The position numbers and the translations under genes were made by a program. DNA of 63,890 bases, filler included, from Myxococcota bacterium (GTDB lineage: Bacteria > Myxococcota_C > UBA6777), in assembly GCA_023150835.1 (NCBI GenBank). It is 3 parts of 3 records of this genome, joined end to end, with 100 filler letters (N's around TTAATTAATTAA, not from the genome) between each part and the next. Parts side by side here need not be neighbours in the genome. Positions count along the whole stretch, not along the records: positions 1 to 25,881 come from JAKLKB010000095.1; positions 25,982 to 51,840 come from JAKLKB010000096.1; 1 more part is not named here. One strand, given 5' to 3'. Positions 19,873 through 29,652 of the stretch are shown one piece after another. Positions within the stretch are counted from its first letter, which is position 1; every line of letters begins with the position of its first letter. The notes beneath the pieces were generated by a model. That model was not told the origin of the DNA and ran no database searches. It was given only the letters and a program-made list of their open reading frames with translations.

Positions 19873-20907
19873 ATGGCCAAGATCTCTTCCAAAACCAAAG
19901 CCGCCTCCTCCGACGCCTCCACCGAGTCGGCTCCCCCAAAAAACGCCGCACCCCAAAAATCCACTTCCTCCAAAAAAGCGGCCTCCACCGAAGCACCTTC
20001 CAAAAAATCGGCCTCCTCTGCCGCCTCCAAAACTTCCAAGATGCCTCCGCCCCCCACCGATCCCGCACAGATATCCGCTGCCGCCACACTTCAACAGTCC
20101 TTTCAGGCTTTGCTTGCCGCCGAAGGCTTGTCTGATCATCTCCCTTCTCTCCACGAACAGGCTCTACAACAGGCTTATCAGCGCGTATTGCCTCGGCTCA
20201 ACGCTCTTTCTGTCAAAGAGATCCTGAACCCTGCGTTGCCTGTTGCCGACGCTGTGGTCTTGGGCTTTCAGCTCTATCTCCAGATCCAAAAAGACCTCCC
20301 CCGACTCAAAAAATTGGTCTCTATCGGCGAACTCTCTGCCGAATGCCTTGAGCAGCTTGAGACGCTGGTCTTGGCCTTGCTGTATGCCGAACTCTTGTGG
20401 CAAAACGCACGCGCCCTCAAACTCCCCAAATCCGAAAAAGCAGATGTCTCCAGCGCCAAGTTCGCCCGCCAAGAACTGCTTTCGGCTGCCGATTATGTTT
20501 GGCGTCACGACGAGCGCACCAAAAAATACCTCAAACAGATCCGCGAAGGTTCCAGCCTACAAGACCTTGCCGATGATCTCTCTGCTCTTGTGATCTTGTT
20601 TCGCCAGTCTTGGGATCTGATCGCCGGCCAATCCCAGATCACTCTCGAAGACCTTGAGAGCGCCAGCCAACACGCCGAACGTGTCCTCCACACCGTCCTG
20701 CTCAAAGAACAACAAGAAACCCATCAACAACGCAACCGCGCTTACACTCTCTTTCACCTCGCCTACCAAAGCCTCTTCGCTGCGGGTCGCTTTCTCCATC
20801 ACTTCGAAAAACAGTCTGCGCTCTTGTACCCCGCGCTTCGCCCCTTGGCCCCTCGAACCAAAGGCGCTCCCGCTTCTTCTGTCCCTATCCCTCCCGCTCA
20901 ATCCTAG
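19873..20907 (+). CDS. Hypothetical helical protein with K/S/A-rich N-terminus
   Basis: ATG 19873; long ORF with consistent codon bias; RNRAYTLF near the C-terminus. Confidence 0.7.
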   Translation: MAKISSKTKAASSDASTESAPPKNAAPQKSTSSKKAASTEAPSKKSASSAASKTSKMPPPPTDPAQISAAATLQQSFQALLAAEGLSDHLPSLHEQALQQAYQRVLPRLNALSVKEILNPALPVADAVVLGFQLYLQIQKDLPRLKKLVSIGELSAECLEQLETLVLALLYAELLWQNARALKLPKSEKADVSSAKFARQELLSAADYVWRHDERTKKYLKQIREGSSLQDLADDLSALVILFRQSWDLIAGQSQITLEDLESASQHAERVLHTVLLKEQQETHQQRNRAYTLFHLAYQSLFAAGRFLHHFEKQSALLYPALRPLAPRTKGAPASSVPIPPAQS

Positions 20908-20997
20908 CTACAAACAACAGCGTTGCGTACTCTTGCTGCTGAACAAGGGGGAAGGGGGCGAAGAACTCTGTTCTCCAACGGGAGGTTTTGTTTTTCG

Positions 20998-21357
20998 ATG
21001 AAGAGTGTTGATTTGTTTGCGGGGGCGGGTGGCTTGTCGTGCGGTCTCCAACTGGCGGGCTTTACCCCCCTGTTGGCGAACGAGTGGGTGCCTCAGTACG
21101 CCGAAACCTATAAGCTAAACCATCCAAACACAGAGGTGATCGTCGGGGATGTGCGCGAAGTCAGCGAAACCGATTTGAAGCGTAAACTCGGTGTGGTCGA
21201 GGGCGAGATCGATCTGGTTGCTGGTGGGCCGCCATGCCAAGGCTTCTCGATCAACGCCCCCATACGCAGTTTGGGGGATGAACGCAACCACTTGATGAGA
21301 TTCCGAACGGTGTTTCTTGGCATACGGCACTTGCAGCGTCACGACTGCTTTTGGTGA
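20998..21357 (+). pseudogene. Truncated DNA (cytosine-5) methyltransferase
   Basis: Motif I DLFAGAGG, motif IV GGPPCQGFS, DERNHL, then homology stops before ENV. Confidence 0.88.
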
Positions 21358-21637
21358 CCGCATCATCTGTCCCAATCGCCTTTACGAACGCGACTACGCT
21401 GTGTTGCGATCGGTGGCTGAAGACGCTTTTGGCGAGGAACTCAGGTTCGTTTTGTTTGACGACTACACTTACGATCTGTCCGCTTCGGTGGGGCACGGAA
21501 AACAACGCACGTTGGTTGATAATCGGAGAATTCGCGTTGGTTTGGATGAATTTGCACAGCGCTTCATCTCTGGGCCTAACCTGCCTTCGGGGGAAGATTT
21601 GGATGAGGCCGTCAAGCGGGTTCTGGGGTGCGTTTGA
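21317..21637 (+). pseudogene. NotI-family restriction endonuclease fragment
   Basis: GTCSV...IICPNRLY resembles the NotI-family Cys motif; both termini missing. Confidence 0.55.
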
Positions 21638-21662
21638 GTATGCTCTTGGTCTTTTGTGGCGG

Positions 21663-21905
21663 TGGTGGACGCAAAAAAGCGACGGCCCAAAGCCGCCAAC
21701 CTTGGTGGACGCAAAAAAGCGACGGCCCAAAGCCGCCAACCTTGGTGGACGCAAAAAAGCGACGGCCCAAAGCCGCCAACCTTGGTGGACGCAAAAAAAG
21801 CGACGGCAAAAAGCTGCCAATCGTGGTGGACGCAAAAAAAGCGACGGCAAAAAGCTGCCAATCGTGGTGGACGCAAAAAAAGCGATGGCCCAAAGCCGCC
21901 AACCG
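21663..21905. repeat. Tandem repeat, six units of 40-41 bp
   Basis: tggtggacgcaaaaaagcgacggcccaaagccgccaacct x3, then two 41-bp variants and one more unit; no spacers. Confidence 0.95.
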
Positions 21906-21949
21906 TGGTGGGCGCGAAGACGCGCAGGGCGCGGAAAGAAGGGGAGCAG

Positions 21950-22459
21950 GTGAAGAAAAGCAAGCACACGTTGAGCGAGGAACAAAAACAGATGCTTTCG
22001 GCGGCGTTGCGGCATACGAGAGATGCGCGGACGTTGCTTGTAGAGCGGGGAGGTTGTGTGGCTTCACCAGATCAGTCGTGGCATTTGGCAGGGTTTGGTC
22101 TGGAGTGTTTGCGCAAGGCGTGTTTGTTTGAGCGGTGGGCAGACAGGGAGTCTCAGGCGAGATCGAAAAAGGCACCGAAGGATGCTGCGGATTTGAGGAT
22201 GGCGTTGGGGCATACTCTCGAAGAGACCGATCTTTTGGACCTGTTTTTGTCGTTGGATGCGCACGCTTGGCGGTATCGATTGCAGTTAAACGAAACGGCG
22301 GATGTGGTGGGGGAGTGGCATCCCGAGGCGCGTTATGCGCGAACAGGGACGCATCAGGAGCCAAAAGTGCGGAGATTGGTTGACTTTGTGGAGAAAAACG
22401 TGGAGGTTGTGACGGCGTTGTTGTGGGCGGATGGCCGCTTGCTTGACCCAGAGATTTGA
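21950..22459 (+). CDS. HEPN-like protein
   Basis: AALRHTRDARTLL, WHLAGFGLECLRKA, GHTL, WHPEARY pattern of HEPN helical bundles. Confidence 0.65.
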   Translation: MKKSKHTLSEEQKQMLSAALRHTRDARTLLVERGGCVASPDQSWHLAGFGLECLRKACLFERWADRESQARSKKAPKDAADLRMALGHTLEETDLLDLFLSLDAHAWRYRLQLNETADVVGEWHPEARYARTGTHQEPKVRRLVDFVEKNVEVVTALLWADGRLLDPEI

Positions 22460-22612
22460 GGACGAGGGTTGTCGCCTTCTGAGTTCGGAGGTTGATGGAC
22501 GTGACGAAAAACAAAAGACCGAGACACCCGAGAGTTTGGCGGTCAGATGCGTCACCTTCGGCATCGACCCATACAAGCGCGTCGCCGATCCGTCGAAAGA
22601 GACCGAACAGTG

Positions 22613-24001
22613 ATGAGCCTTCATTTTGATACTGTGTTGCCTGCATTGATGGGGATCGTGAGCCGTAGCCCGCTGTTTCAGGAGGGAATGGAAAAGATCT
22701 GTGTGATCCGTGATCTTCGGGGTTGCTTGCGGCTGGTGCTCCATCTCAAGGAATCCACAAAGCGCGGATCGGAGATACCAGATTTAGAGAAAGAACTGCG
22801 TGGGCAGTTAGGGATTTGGTTTCAAGGGCCGATCTTGACGAATTGTGTGGATGAATCGATGGCGCGGAGGCGTACCGCCGAGGTCCTGATGGAAAGGGCC
22901 TGTAGGCAAAAGATCGGTTGGCCTCCCCATTGGCCGCAAGAGGTGGAGGGGGAACTTGGAGCAAAGAGGCCGATTGAGCAGGAGCGCTGGTGCTCTTTGG
23001 AGCGGGTACAAAGCAAAGAAACATGGTTATCGCGGACGTCGGGAGAGCCGCCGTGGGGGTTGGAACAGGGAAATCCTGCGATCGTGTCGTTTTATTCGTT
23101 TAAGGGTGGGGTGGGGCGGACCACTTGTATGGGTGTACTCGCGTACCAGCTTGCGAAAGCGGGAAAGAAAGTGGTCTGTGTGGATCTTGATCTGGAAGCC
23201 CCTGGAGTGGCGGATGTGTTGGGGTTGGCGGTGCCGGAACTTGGTTTGATGGACTATCTGCTGTCCTCGCTGGTTGGGGAAGGGACGGCAACGCTGCAAC
23301 TCTCCGATATCTGTCGGCGGGTTGCGTTGCATGGTGTGCCTGTGTGGGTTGTTCCGGCGGGGAAATCGGATGCTGTTGCGTACGTCGAAAAGTTGGCACG
23401 TTTGGATTATTTGTCGGGGATAGATCTGGCGAGCGAGACACAAAGCCCAGTTGCGAAGGGGATGACAAACCTCTTGAGGGCGATAAAAGGGCAAGAGAAG
23501 CCTGATTTTGTGTTTTTGGACTGCCGCGCAGGATTCCATGATCTGGGGGGTTTGGGGTTGCACGATCTCGCGCACGTCGAAGTCCTTGTGGGTCGTGCTT
23601 CGTTGCAGACGCGACATGGTTTGGAAGTGATCTTGGCGCTCCAAAAACAGCGCAGAAAAGAGCAGCAGCGACGTATTTGTTTGGTGCATACCTTTGCTTC
23701 GGCGGACAAGGACGAGCGTGCGGGGCAGCATGAAAGGTGGCGAGGACAGTTGTACGAACTCTTTCAAGCGAATCAGATGTACAGCGGCGCATCGGAGATC
23801 CCGCAGGAAGCAGACGATCAAGCCGCCCATTTCCCTTGGACCATCGAATTCAACCAAAGCGTCGGGTATGCCGCTTCGCTTGCCGATGCGGATCTTCGTT
23901 TGTTGTTGGAGGATCCAGACAGCAGCTACGCGAGGCTGCGCCGTCGCGTGGAAGAACTGTGCGAAGCGGAACAACCTGCGGATGGGGAGGTGGGGCGGTG
24001 A
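22613..24001 (+). CDS. ParA/MinD-like ATPase (KGGVGR variant)
   Basis: SFYSFKGGVGRTT, VDLDLEAPG, FLDCRAG; N-terminal IRDLRG. Confidence 0.88.
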   Translation: MSLHFDTVLPALMGIVSRSPLFQEGMEKICVIRDLRGCLRLVLHLKESTKRGSEIPDLEKELRGQLGIWFQGPILTNCVDESMARRRTAEVLMERACRQKIGWPPHWPQEVEGELGAKRPIEQERWCSLERVQSKETWLSRTSGEPPWGLEQGNPAIVSFYSFKGGVGRTTCMGVLAYQLAKAGKKVVCVDLDLEAPGVADVLGLAVPELGLMDYLLSSLVGEGTATLQLSDICRRVALHGVPVWVVPAGKSDAVAYVEKLARLDYLSGIDLASETQSPVAKGMTNLLRAIKGQEKPDFVFLDCRAGFHDLGGLGLHDLAHVEVLVGRASLQTRHGLEVILALQKQRRKEQQRRICLVHTFASADKDERAGQHERWRGQLYELFQANQMYSGASEIPQEADDQAAHFPWTIEFNQSVGYAASLADADLRLLLEDPDSSYARLRRRVEELCEAEQPADGEVGR

Positions 24002-25599
24002 ACGAGTTGTTGGAACAACGCGAGCGGTATTTGTGGGCGCTGCGCGACATCACCAGCCCCGAAGAGCGAAGCGAGCCACAGGAACGCCGCCGCCGATTTT
24101 TGTGGTTGCCGGAGTATCGAGAGGCGCTCGATCCGCGTGTTCTTGTGGTGCGGGGCGAACGGGGCGCAGGAAAAACAGCGCTTTTTCATGTGTTTTCCAT
24201 GTTTGCTTCTCGTGAGGGGCGGTTAGAAAGCGTTGAGGTGCCTGCTTGGATGCGTTGGGAGTCGTCTTTTTCGTTGGAGAAAAATCGGTGGCTAGTTGGA
24301 TTTTCGGAAGAAGGGACGCAACACCCCTCTCCGTTGGTGTTGGCGACGTTTTATCGTGAGGCTCCACAAGACTCTGAACGGCTACGCCATTTTTGGTTCG
24401 GTTCTTTGGTGGGGCTGTTGGGGGAGTGGAGTTTGGGGGAGGATGCGGAAAGAAAAGCAGCGATGTGGGAAAAGCTGTCGCCGTTTTGGGAAGTCTGGCG
24501 TGCAGCGCGTCATGCTCCGTCGGTGTGGGCTCCTGCGGTGGGGGCGCAAGTCTCGTTGTTGCTGGGGGTGTTGGACGAGATCGAGCAAAGATTGGAGAGA
24601 GAGGGGCGGTATCTGTTTGTGGTGTACGATCAGCTTGATCGCATCGGCTTGGGTGATGCGGTGATGCAGAAAGAATCGATCAAGATCTTGTTGCAGATCT
24701 GGCAGTCGTTTTCGAGCCGATACAAACGCCTGCGAGCGAAGATCTTTTTGCGTGAAGACCTTTATCAATCGGTGAGCCGAAGTTATACGGATGCAGGGAA
24801 GTTGGAAAGCCTGTCTTGTTCGATGCGTTGGTCGGTCGAGAACTTGTACCGAGTGTTGTACCGACGGATGTTGGCGTCAGAGGAGCTTCGGGGGTGGTTG
24901 GTCGCGTTGGGGTTCCCTGTTGGAATAGAAGATCCTGAGTGGGGTGCGTATCCGCCGTCTATGCCGCCCGAGACAGAAGACGACCCACAGCTATCGATCC
25001 CCGAAGTTCTGGAAGGTGCGCAGGGGAGAAGTGAGAAGCTTCGTTCGGTTTCTCAGCTTTCTTTGATGGAAGCGATGGTGGGGCGAACGATGGGGGCTGG
25101 TGTGAACAAGGGTTATGTGCATCGTTGGATCCCCAACCATCTTTCGGACGCCAACAAAGCGATCGTGCCGCGTTCGATGCTGAACTTGTTTTATTTTGCA
25201 GCGAGTGACGCTTTGAAGCGGATGCCGAGAGTGCAAGAAGGGCATCTGTTGCACCACACCGCGTTGATGGAAGGTCTGAGAGAAGCGTCCGTGTATCGGA
25301 TGAAGGAACTGCAAGAAGAATATCTGTTCGTTCAACGCCTTGGGTTGTTGCGTGGGATGACGCTGTTTGCAGCCCAAGAAGAGGTTGAACAAAAGCTGTC
25401 AGGTCTTCCGCTTGATGGGAAAGAGGATGGCTATGGGAGCGATGGAAAGCGTGTGTTTGCGGAGCTTGAACGATTGGGGATCTTGAAGGTGCGCAAAGAA
25501 AGGAGGGCGGGTATGCCCGATGAGAGGCGGGTGGATATGCCCGATCTGTATCGTTTGGGTCTGGAGATCAAGCGGCGCGGCGGCGTAGCGAGGGGGTGA
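23998..25599 (+). CDS. P-loop ATPase (Sll1717-like)
   Basis: VVRGERGAGKTAL, VVYDQLD, KIFLREDL, PRSML; GTGA overlap with the ParA-like gene. Confidence 0.85.
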   Translation: MNELLEQRERYLWALRDITSPEERSEPQERRRRFLWLPEYREALDPRVLVVRGERGAGKTALFHVFSMFASREGRLESVEVPAWMRWESSFSLEKNRWLVGFSEEGTQHPSPLVLATFYREAPQDSERLRHFWFGSLVGLLGEWSLGEDAERKAAMWEKLSPFWEVWRAARHAPSVWAPAVGAQVSLLLGVLDEIEQRLEREGRYLFVVYDQLDRIGLGDAVMQKESIKILLQIWQSFSSRYKRLRAKIFLREDLYQSVSRSYTDAGKLESLSCSMRWSVENLYRVLYRRMLASEELRGWLVALGFPVGIEDPEWGAYPPSMPPETEDDPQLSIPEVLEGAQGRSEKLRSVSQLSLMEAMVGRTMGAGVNKGYVHRWIPNHLSDANKAIVPRSMLNLFYFAASDALKRMPRVQEGHLLHHTALMEGLREASVYRMKELQEEYLFVQRLGLLRGMTLFAAQEEVEQKLSGLPLDGKEDGYGSDGKRVFAELERLGILKVRKERRAGMPDERRVDMPDLYRLGLEIKRRGGVARG

Positions 25600-25881
25600 T
25601 ACGAGATCCGCCCGTTGTGTGATTGTAAGGATGTAGGGGCAGACCCCATAGGCGTTAGGTGAAGCGGAGGAAAGCCCCCCACCCCGCCCTCCCCCGTGAA
25701 CAGGGGAGGGAGCGAAAGTCGGAAGCATCGGGGATTTTGTTTTTTCATGACACACGCTGTATGCACGACGCGCAGACGCTGCCCGTTCCAACTTCCCCCC
25801 GTTCACGGGGGGATTGAGGGGGGGAGAAAAAAAAGGCGATCAAGACCGACTCTACGAGGTTTCCACCTTAACAAGGCGCGT
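25599..25881 (+). repeat. REP/MITE-like element (GTAGGGGC end, internal hairpins)
   Basis: gtaggggcagaccccata; hairpin ccctcccccgtgaacaggggaggg; 25685-25881 is near-identical to 51941-52139. Confidence 0.8.
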
Positions 25882-25981
25882 NNNNNNNNNNNNNNNNNNN
25901 NNNNNNNNNNNNNNNNNNNNNNNNNTTAATTAATTAANNNNNNNNNNNNNNNNNNNNNNNNNNNNNNNNNNNNNNNNNNNN
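25882..25981. other. Assembly gap / artificial contig spacer
   Basis: N-run with TTAATTAATTAA. Confidence 0.97.
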
Positions 25982-27084
25982 ACCCGAAGAATTGGCTTTT
26001 GTGCTGGCCTGTATATGCGTTCGATCTCCTCGGCGTGTTCGTCGGAAACGATATGCCCGTAAGTGTCGACAATCAACTTGATCGTTGAGTGACCCATCAA
26101 CTTCTGCACCTTCTCCATCCCGATCCCTGCCCGAAGTTGCCAAGCCGCAAACGTATGGCGCAACACGTGAGGAGAGCAGTCAAAGCCTTTCTCCTGATCC
26201 GCCCAAGGATAGAACCTTCCTTCCAACCGACCATCCACCGTCACGCGAACAGGTCTCCCCCGAAGAACTCGCATAAACACATACTCCCCTAACCTCTCCA
26301 GACCTTCCAATGCTTCATTCACTTCTGGCAACAAAGGTATGATACGGTCTCTCCCACCTTTGGACACCTGCCCTCGAAACCTCACCCGCCTTGCTTCCAG
26401 ATCCACATCCGTCCAAAGCAGTCCCCTTGTCTCTCCCCATCTTGCCCCTGTATGTAGCAAGAACAAAAACAAAGCACGCCACATCGGCCCTCTCTCAGAA
26501 GCTGCATCCAAAGCGATCCCAGCCTCTTCACGAGAAAGGAATCGCGCAGAGCGCCGATCTTTCTCAGAAAGCTTTTTAAACTTGGGGGGACGATGGGGAA
26601 GATAATCAAGATCGTGGGCGACGCTGAGAAGGTGAGCGAGCTGGCCCATTTCGAGATTCACACTGCGCGAAGAAACGCCCTCAGCTTTTCGTTCGGTGGC
26701 AAAGCGAGAAACGTTGGCTTTCGTGATATCTTCCATGCGGATATCCCAAAACCAACGAGCCAATTCTTGTAGTGCTTTTGCTTTGCGCTTGAGCGTTGGC
26801 GCACGATTATCCGCGCTACAGTGCTCCATGTAGAGCGGCGCAAACTCACCAACGGTCAAGGATCGCTGCAGCTCTTTCTCTTGCTGACGCTCCTCTAGCC
26901 ACATCAGATTGCCCAATCTGTCGGCCTCTCGAAGTTTGTTTAGGTACTCTTTTGCCTGTGAAAGTGTTGTTCCCTTGGGAAGACGCTCTCGATACATCTC
27001 TCCGGGTCGTGTGTGGCGACTGCTGAACTGTATCCGATACCCTTGCAAGGTCTCGGTCAGCCCACGAGGCAATTTCTTTGCCAT
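25982..27084 (-). CDS. Tyrosine integrase (3' end lost in gap)
   Basis: GGAGG RBS; HTGARWGE, SKGG, HVLRHT, MGHS...TYGH catalytic residues. Confidence 0.93.
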
Positions 27085-27253
27085 CTGGAACCTCCGTAAA
27101 TTTGTGTGGCAAGTAAAACCAAAACCGCCCTTCCTTATAGCAAGAACCTTTTGGCAAAAAACCACGGTCACGAGCTTTGCGAAGCGCCTCTGCGCTCGGA
27201 TAGCCAAGCATCTTGGCTGTTTCATCGGAGTGTCGGAGTCTAAGCGGCAGCAT
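26846..27253 (-). CDS. Excisionase-like HTH protein (frame extends over the integrase start)
   Basis: SDETAKMLGYPSAEALRKARDRGFLP...KEGRFWFY is a Xis/MerR-type winged HTH pattern directly upstream of int. Confidence 0.55.
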   Translation of the reverse strand: MLPLRLRHSDETAKMLGYPSAEALRKARDRGFLPKGSCYKEGRFWFYLPHKFTEVPDGKEIASWADRDLARVSDTVQQSPHTTRRDVSRASSQGNNTFTGKRVPKQTSRGRQIGQSDVARGASARERAAAILDRW

Positions 27254-27692
27254 CGACGTGCATCTCCTCAGCGCGTTGGCGCTTCAACTCTTTGGACTGC
27301 AAATATTTTTTCATGTGGTCTTTAAGGCGAACCAACGCCGCGCATGGATGGGCATCCCACGCATCACGCAACGCCGCGATGTGTTTTGCCCCAAGAAGCC
27401 TCACCACCGCATCCAACACGCGCTGCTCCAACGTCCGAAACGACCACTCCACCGGCAACAACGACTTGATACCAGCGTGATCCAACCCCGCTTCCTTTGC
27501 AGCAGCATGAATGCGCGCAAGTGTCTTGTGGCGGCTCTTTGGTGTGTCCTCTGGGGCGCACTCTTCCGCATGTTGCGGATTTTTCTTTTCTTCTTGTGCT
27601 GCTTCGCACTTGGTTGAAAACATACTTTCGTCGTCGATAGAAAAGAGAAAGTCTCCCTGCTCACCCGCCATCGCCAAAAAGACCCAATCCAT
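27240..27692 (-). CDS. Hypothetical early protein (start uncertain)
   Basis: RHKTLARIHAAAKEAGLD segment; overlaps the xis start. Confidence 0.5.
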   Translation of the reverse strand: MDWVFLAMAGEQGDFLFSIDDESMFSTKCEAAQEEKKNPQHAEECAPEDTPKSRHKTLARIHAAAKEAGLDHAGIKSLLPVEWSFRTLEQRVLDAVVRLLGAKHIAALRDAWDAHPCAALVRLKDHMKKYLQSKELKRQRAEEMHVDAAA

Positions 27693-27945
27693 CACAGCTT
27701 CCGACTCTTCACGACTCTTTGTTGAAACCAAAAAGCTATCATGCGAAAGAGCCGAAACGCCTTTGTTTAGGATCAGCTCGATGCGATGTTCGTTGTGCTC
27801 AGAAAAGGTCTTCGCTGCTTGAAGCCTGCTTGTATCCACGAGCAAAATCGGGGTCTTTTCGCGTTTTAACAAAAGAACCTTGTTGGCGATGGTCGCACAA
27901 AGTCGGCCCGTCTTTTGGCGGGGCAACGTGGCCACCGTCAAAAGT

Positions 27946-28560
27946 TTAGCGGCGCACATCGCATATCTCCATCTCTTCGGGGGTTGCGAGCGAATCAAGC
28001 GCAGATACAGCTTGGGGAGAGGGTTTGGGGAGCGGATCAAAGTCGGGAGAGGATTTGGGGAGCGGATCAAAGCGAGGGCATCCACTCGCGGGTGCGCGGC
28101 TCCCAACAGAATCGTCCACGTAAAAGCAGTATCCACGGTGTTCTTCCACACCAGTTCTCTCGATACGGAAGTTCGCGCACTCTCCGCAAGTTCGGGACTC
28201 GTCGAGGCGAAGTTCCACCCAGCCTTGCTCGTTGCCCTGCTCTTTGACGGGGATCGAGGCGATGGCAGGAGTCGGCGGAGGTGGCGGAGGAACAGGCGCA
28301 GGGGGAATGGATGAAGGGGCCGAGACCGTCGGAGGAATCGGCTGAAGGCCAAGACGAAGACGGTTGCGCCATGAGACTTCTGCGCGGCGTTGGATCTCTG
28401 CGTGGATATCCACGAGCGTTTGGCGTGTTGCGCTCAAATTCTTGGTGATAACCACTTTCTGTCGGACGAGTTCGTCTGACTGCCGACGTGCCTCTTCCAT
28501 CCATGCGATCAACAAAGATGCAGGAATGTGGCGGTAAGTCGGGGAGGATAACGGATTCAT
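27946..28560 (-). CDS. Hypothetical early protein with Pro-rich linker and Cys4 motif
   Basis: AGGAGG RBS; CGECANF...GYC...GCPRF. Confidence 0.6.
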   Translation of the reverse strand: MNPLSSPTYRHIPASLLIAWMEEARRQSDELVRQKVVITKNLSATRQTLVDIHAEIQRRAEVSWRNRLRLGLQPIPPTVSAPSSIPPAPVPPPPPPTPAIASIPVKEQGNEQGWVELRLDESRTCGECANFRIERTGVEEHRGYCFYVDDSVGSRAPASGCPRFDPLPKSSPDFDPLPKPSPQAVSALDSLATPEEMEICDVRR

Positions 28561-28618
28561 GGAGCCTCCTATGCAGTTAAGGGATTGCGTCGGATGACGC
28601 ACTGCGACATAGGAGAAT

Positions 28619-28670
28619 GTATGCCTAAAGAATACAAGACTGTCAAGGGAAAAGTATGCCAAAGGAATAC
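28619..28670 (-). promoter_or_regulatory. Leftward promoter/operator pair
   Basis: Two GTAT-N9-ATAC palindromes (28619, 28654) around TTGACA on the minus strand (tgtcaa 28641-28646). Confidence 0.8.
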
Positions 28671-28745
28671 TCTGTTGACAACGCAACAATATCCTGTACT
28701 TATGGATAATAGATACGGATAGACAGATAACAAAAGGACAGTGTT

Positions 28746-28970
28746 ATGCGGGAAGTCAACGATCAGAAAGTGGGAAAGATACAGGGGGCGATGGAGAGAA
28801 TGAGCCTAAAGAACGCCAGAATGCTCAGGCGTCTTGTAGATTCTCTGCAAGGCGAACAAGCAAGTCCAGCTTCTCATCGGTTAGGGTTCGAGCCTTCTCC
28901 AAAACATGCGAAATCTCTACAAGCCGAGCAACCTCGATTTGAAGATCTAGAAGAAGGCCCGGAGAAATAG
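28746..28970 (+). CDS. Small hypothetical protein
   Basis: AAGGA RBS, TTGACA upstream at 28675; overlaps the repressor 3' end antisense. Confidence 0.35.
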   Translation: MREVNDQKVGKIQGAMERMSLKNARMLRRLVDSLQGEQASPASHRLGFEPSPKHAKSLQAEQPRFEDLEEGPEK

Positions 28971-29133
28971 AGAATACCTCAGCAATCTTCGCCAAAGTGT
29001 CCAAGCTGGGTTGTTTGATGCCTCTCTCTATGTTCGATATAGACCCTTTGGTGAGGTCTACCTTGTCTGCCAGATCTTGAATTGTCCATCCACGACGTTT
29101 CCTCAACTCCCGAATTCGGGTGCCGATCTCCAT
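28825..29133 (-). CDS. XRE-family HTH repressor (CI-like)
   Basis: AGGAGG RBS; IGTRIRELRKRRGWTIQDLADKVDLTKGSISNIERG. Confidence 0.92.
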   Translation of the reverse strand: MEIGTRIRELRKRRGWTIQDLADKVDLTKGSISNIERGIKQPSLDTLAKIAEVFSISPGLLLDLQIEVARLVEISHVLEKARTLTDEKLDLLVRLAENLQDA

Positions 29134-29198
29134 TTGCCTCCTCCTTACCAGAAACAATGTTCCCTATCACTATACACCCCCATTCGCTATAACAAGGA

Positions 29199-29250
29199 GT
29201 ATTCCTCAAGAAAACTTTTCGCTTGACACGCCAGTATTCCTTTAGCATAC
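29199..29250 (+). promoter_or_regulatory. Rightward promoter/operator pair
   Basis: GTAT-N9-AAAC (29199) and GTAT-N9-ATAC (29234) around TTGACA (29223). Confidence 0.8.
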
Positions 29251-29276
29251 ATTTACTCTTCAGGAGGCAAATAAAA

Positions 29277-29552
29277 ATGACGCTAAAGGAATACCTAGAG
29301 ACAACAAGAATAACACAAACGGATCTTGCCCGTACGGTGGGAGTATTCCGCGGAACGATACACAACATCGTTACAGGGCGAAAGGCTCCATCGATAGAAC
29401 TCGCACTCAAGATCCAAGACGCGACGGATGGGGCTGTGACGGTGCGCGATCTTCTCCCCACGAACCATCCTGCTCTGCGTCTTCTGAGCGAGAAGGATCA
29501 AGGATCGAACAGACTACGCCCCGCGATGACAAGCAAAAGCCTCGGTAGGTAG
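29277..29552 (+). CDS. Cro-like HTH regulator
   Basis: AGGAGG RBS; MTLKEYL...QTDLARTVGV...IQDATDGAVTVRDL; divergent from the repressor. Confidence 0.88.
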   Translation: MTLKEYLETTRITQTDLARTVGVFRGTIHNIVTGRKAPSIELALKIQDATDGAVTVRDLLPTNHPALRLLSEKDQGSNRLRPAMTSKSLGR

Positions 29553-29652
29553 GAAGAAATCCCCTCGGTTCGAGTCCGAGCGAGGCAGAAGTATATGGGG
29601 CCGCACCCCAAACAGCCCAGCCATCGTGCGGCATGGCGGGTAAGGAAAACCA

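Noticed and set aside
21663-21905. Possible CRISPR array
   Set aside because: Head-to-tail repeats with no unique spacers
25926-25937. TTAATTAATTAA as an att site (also 51885-51896)
   Set aside because: Embedded in N-runs; an all-frame stop linker added during assembly
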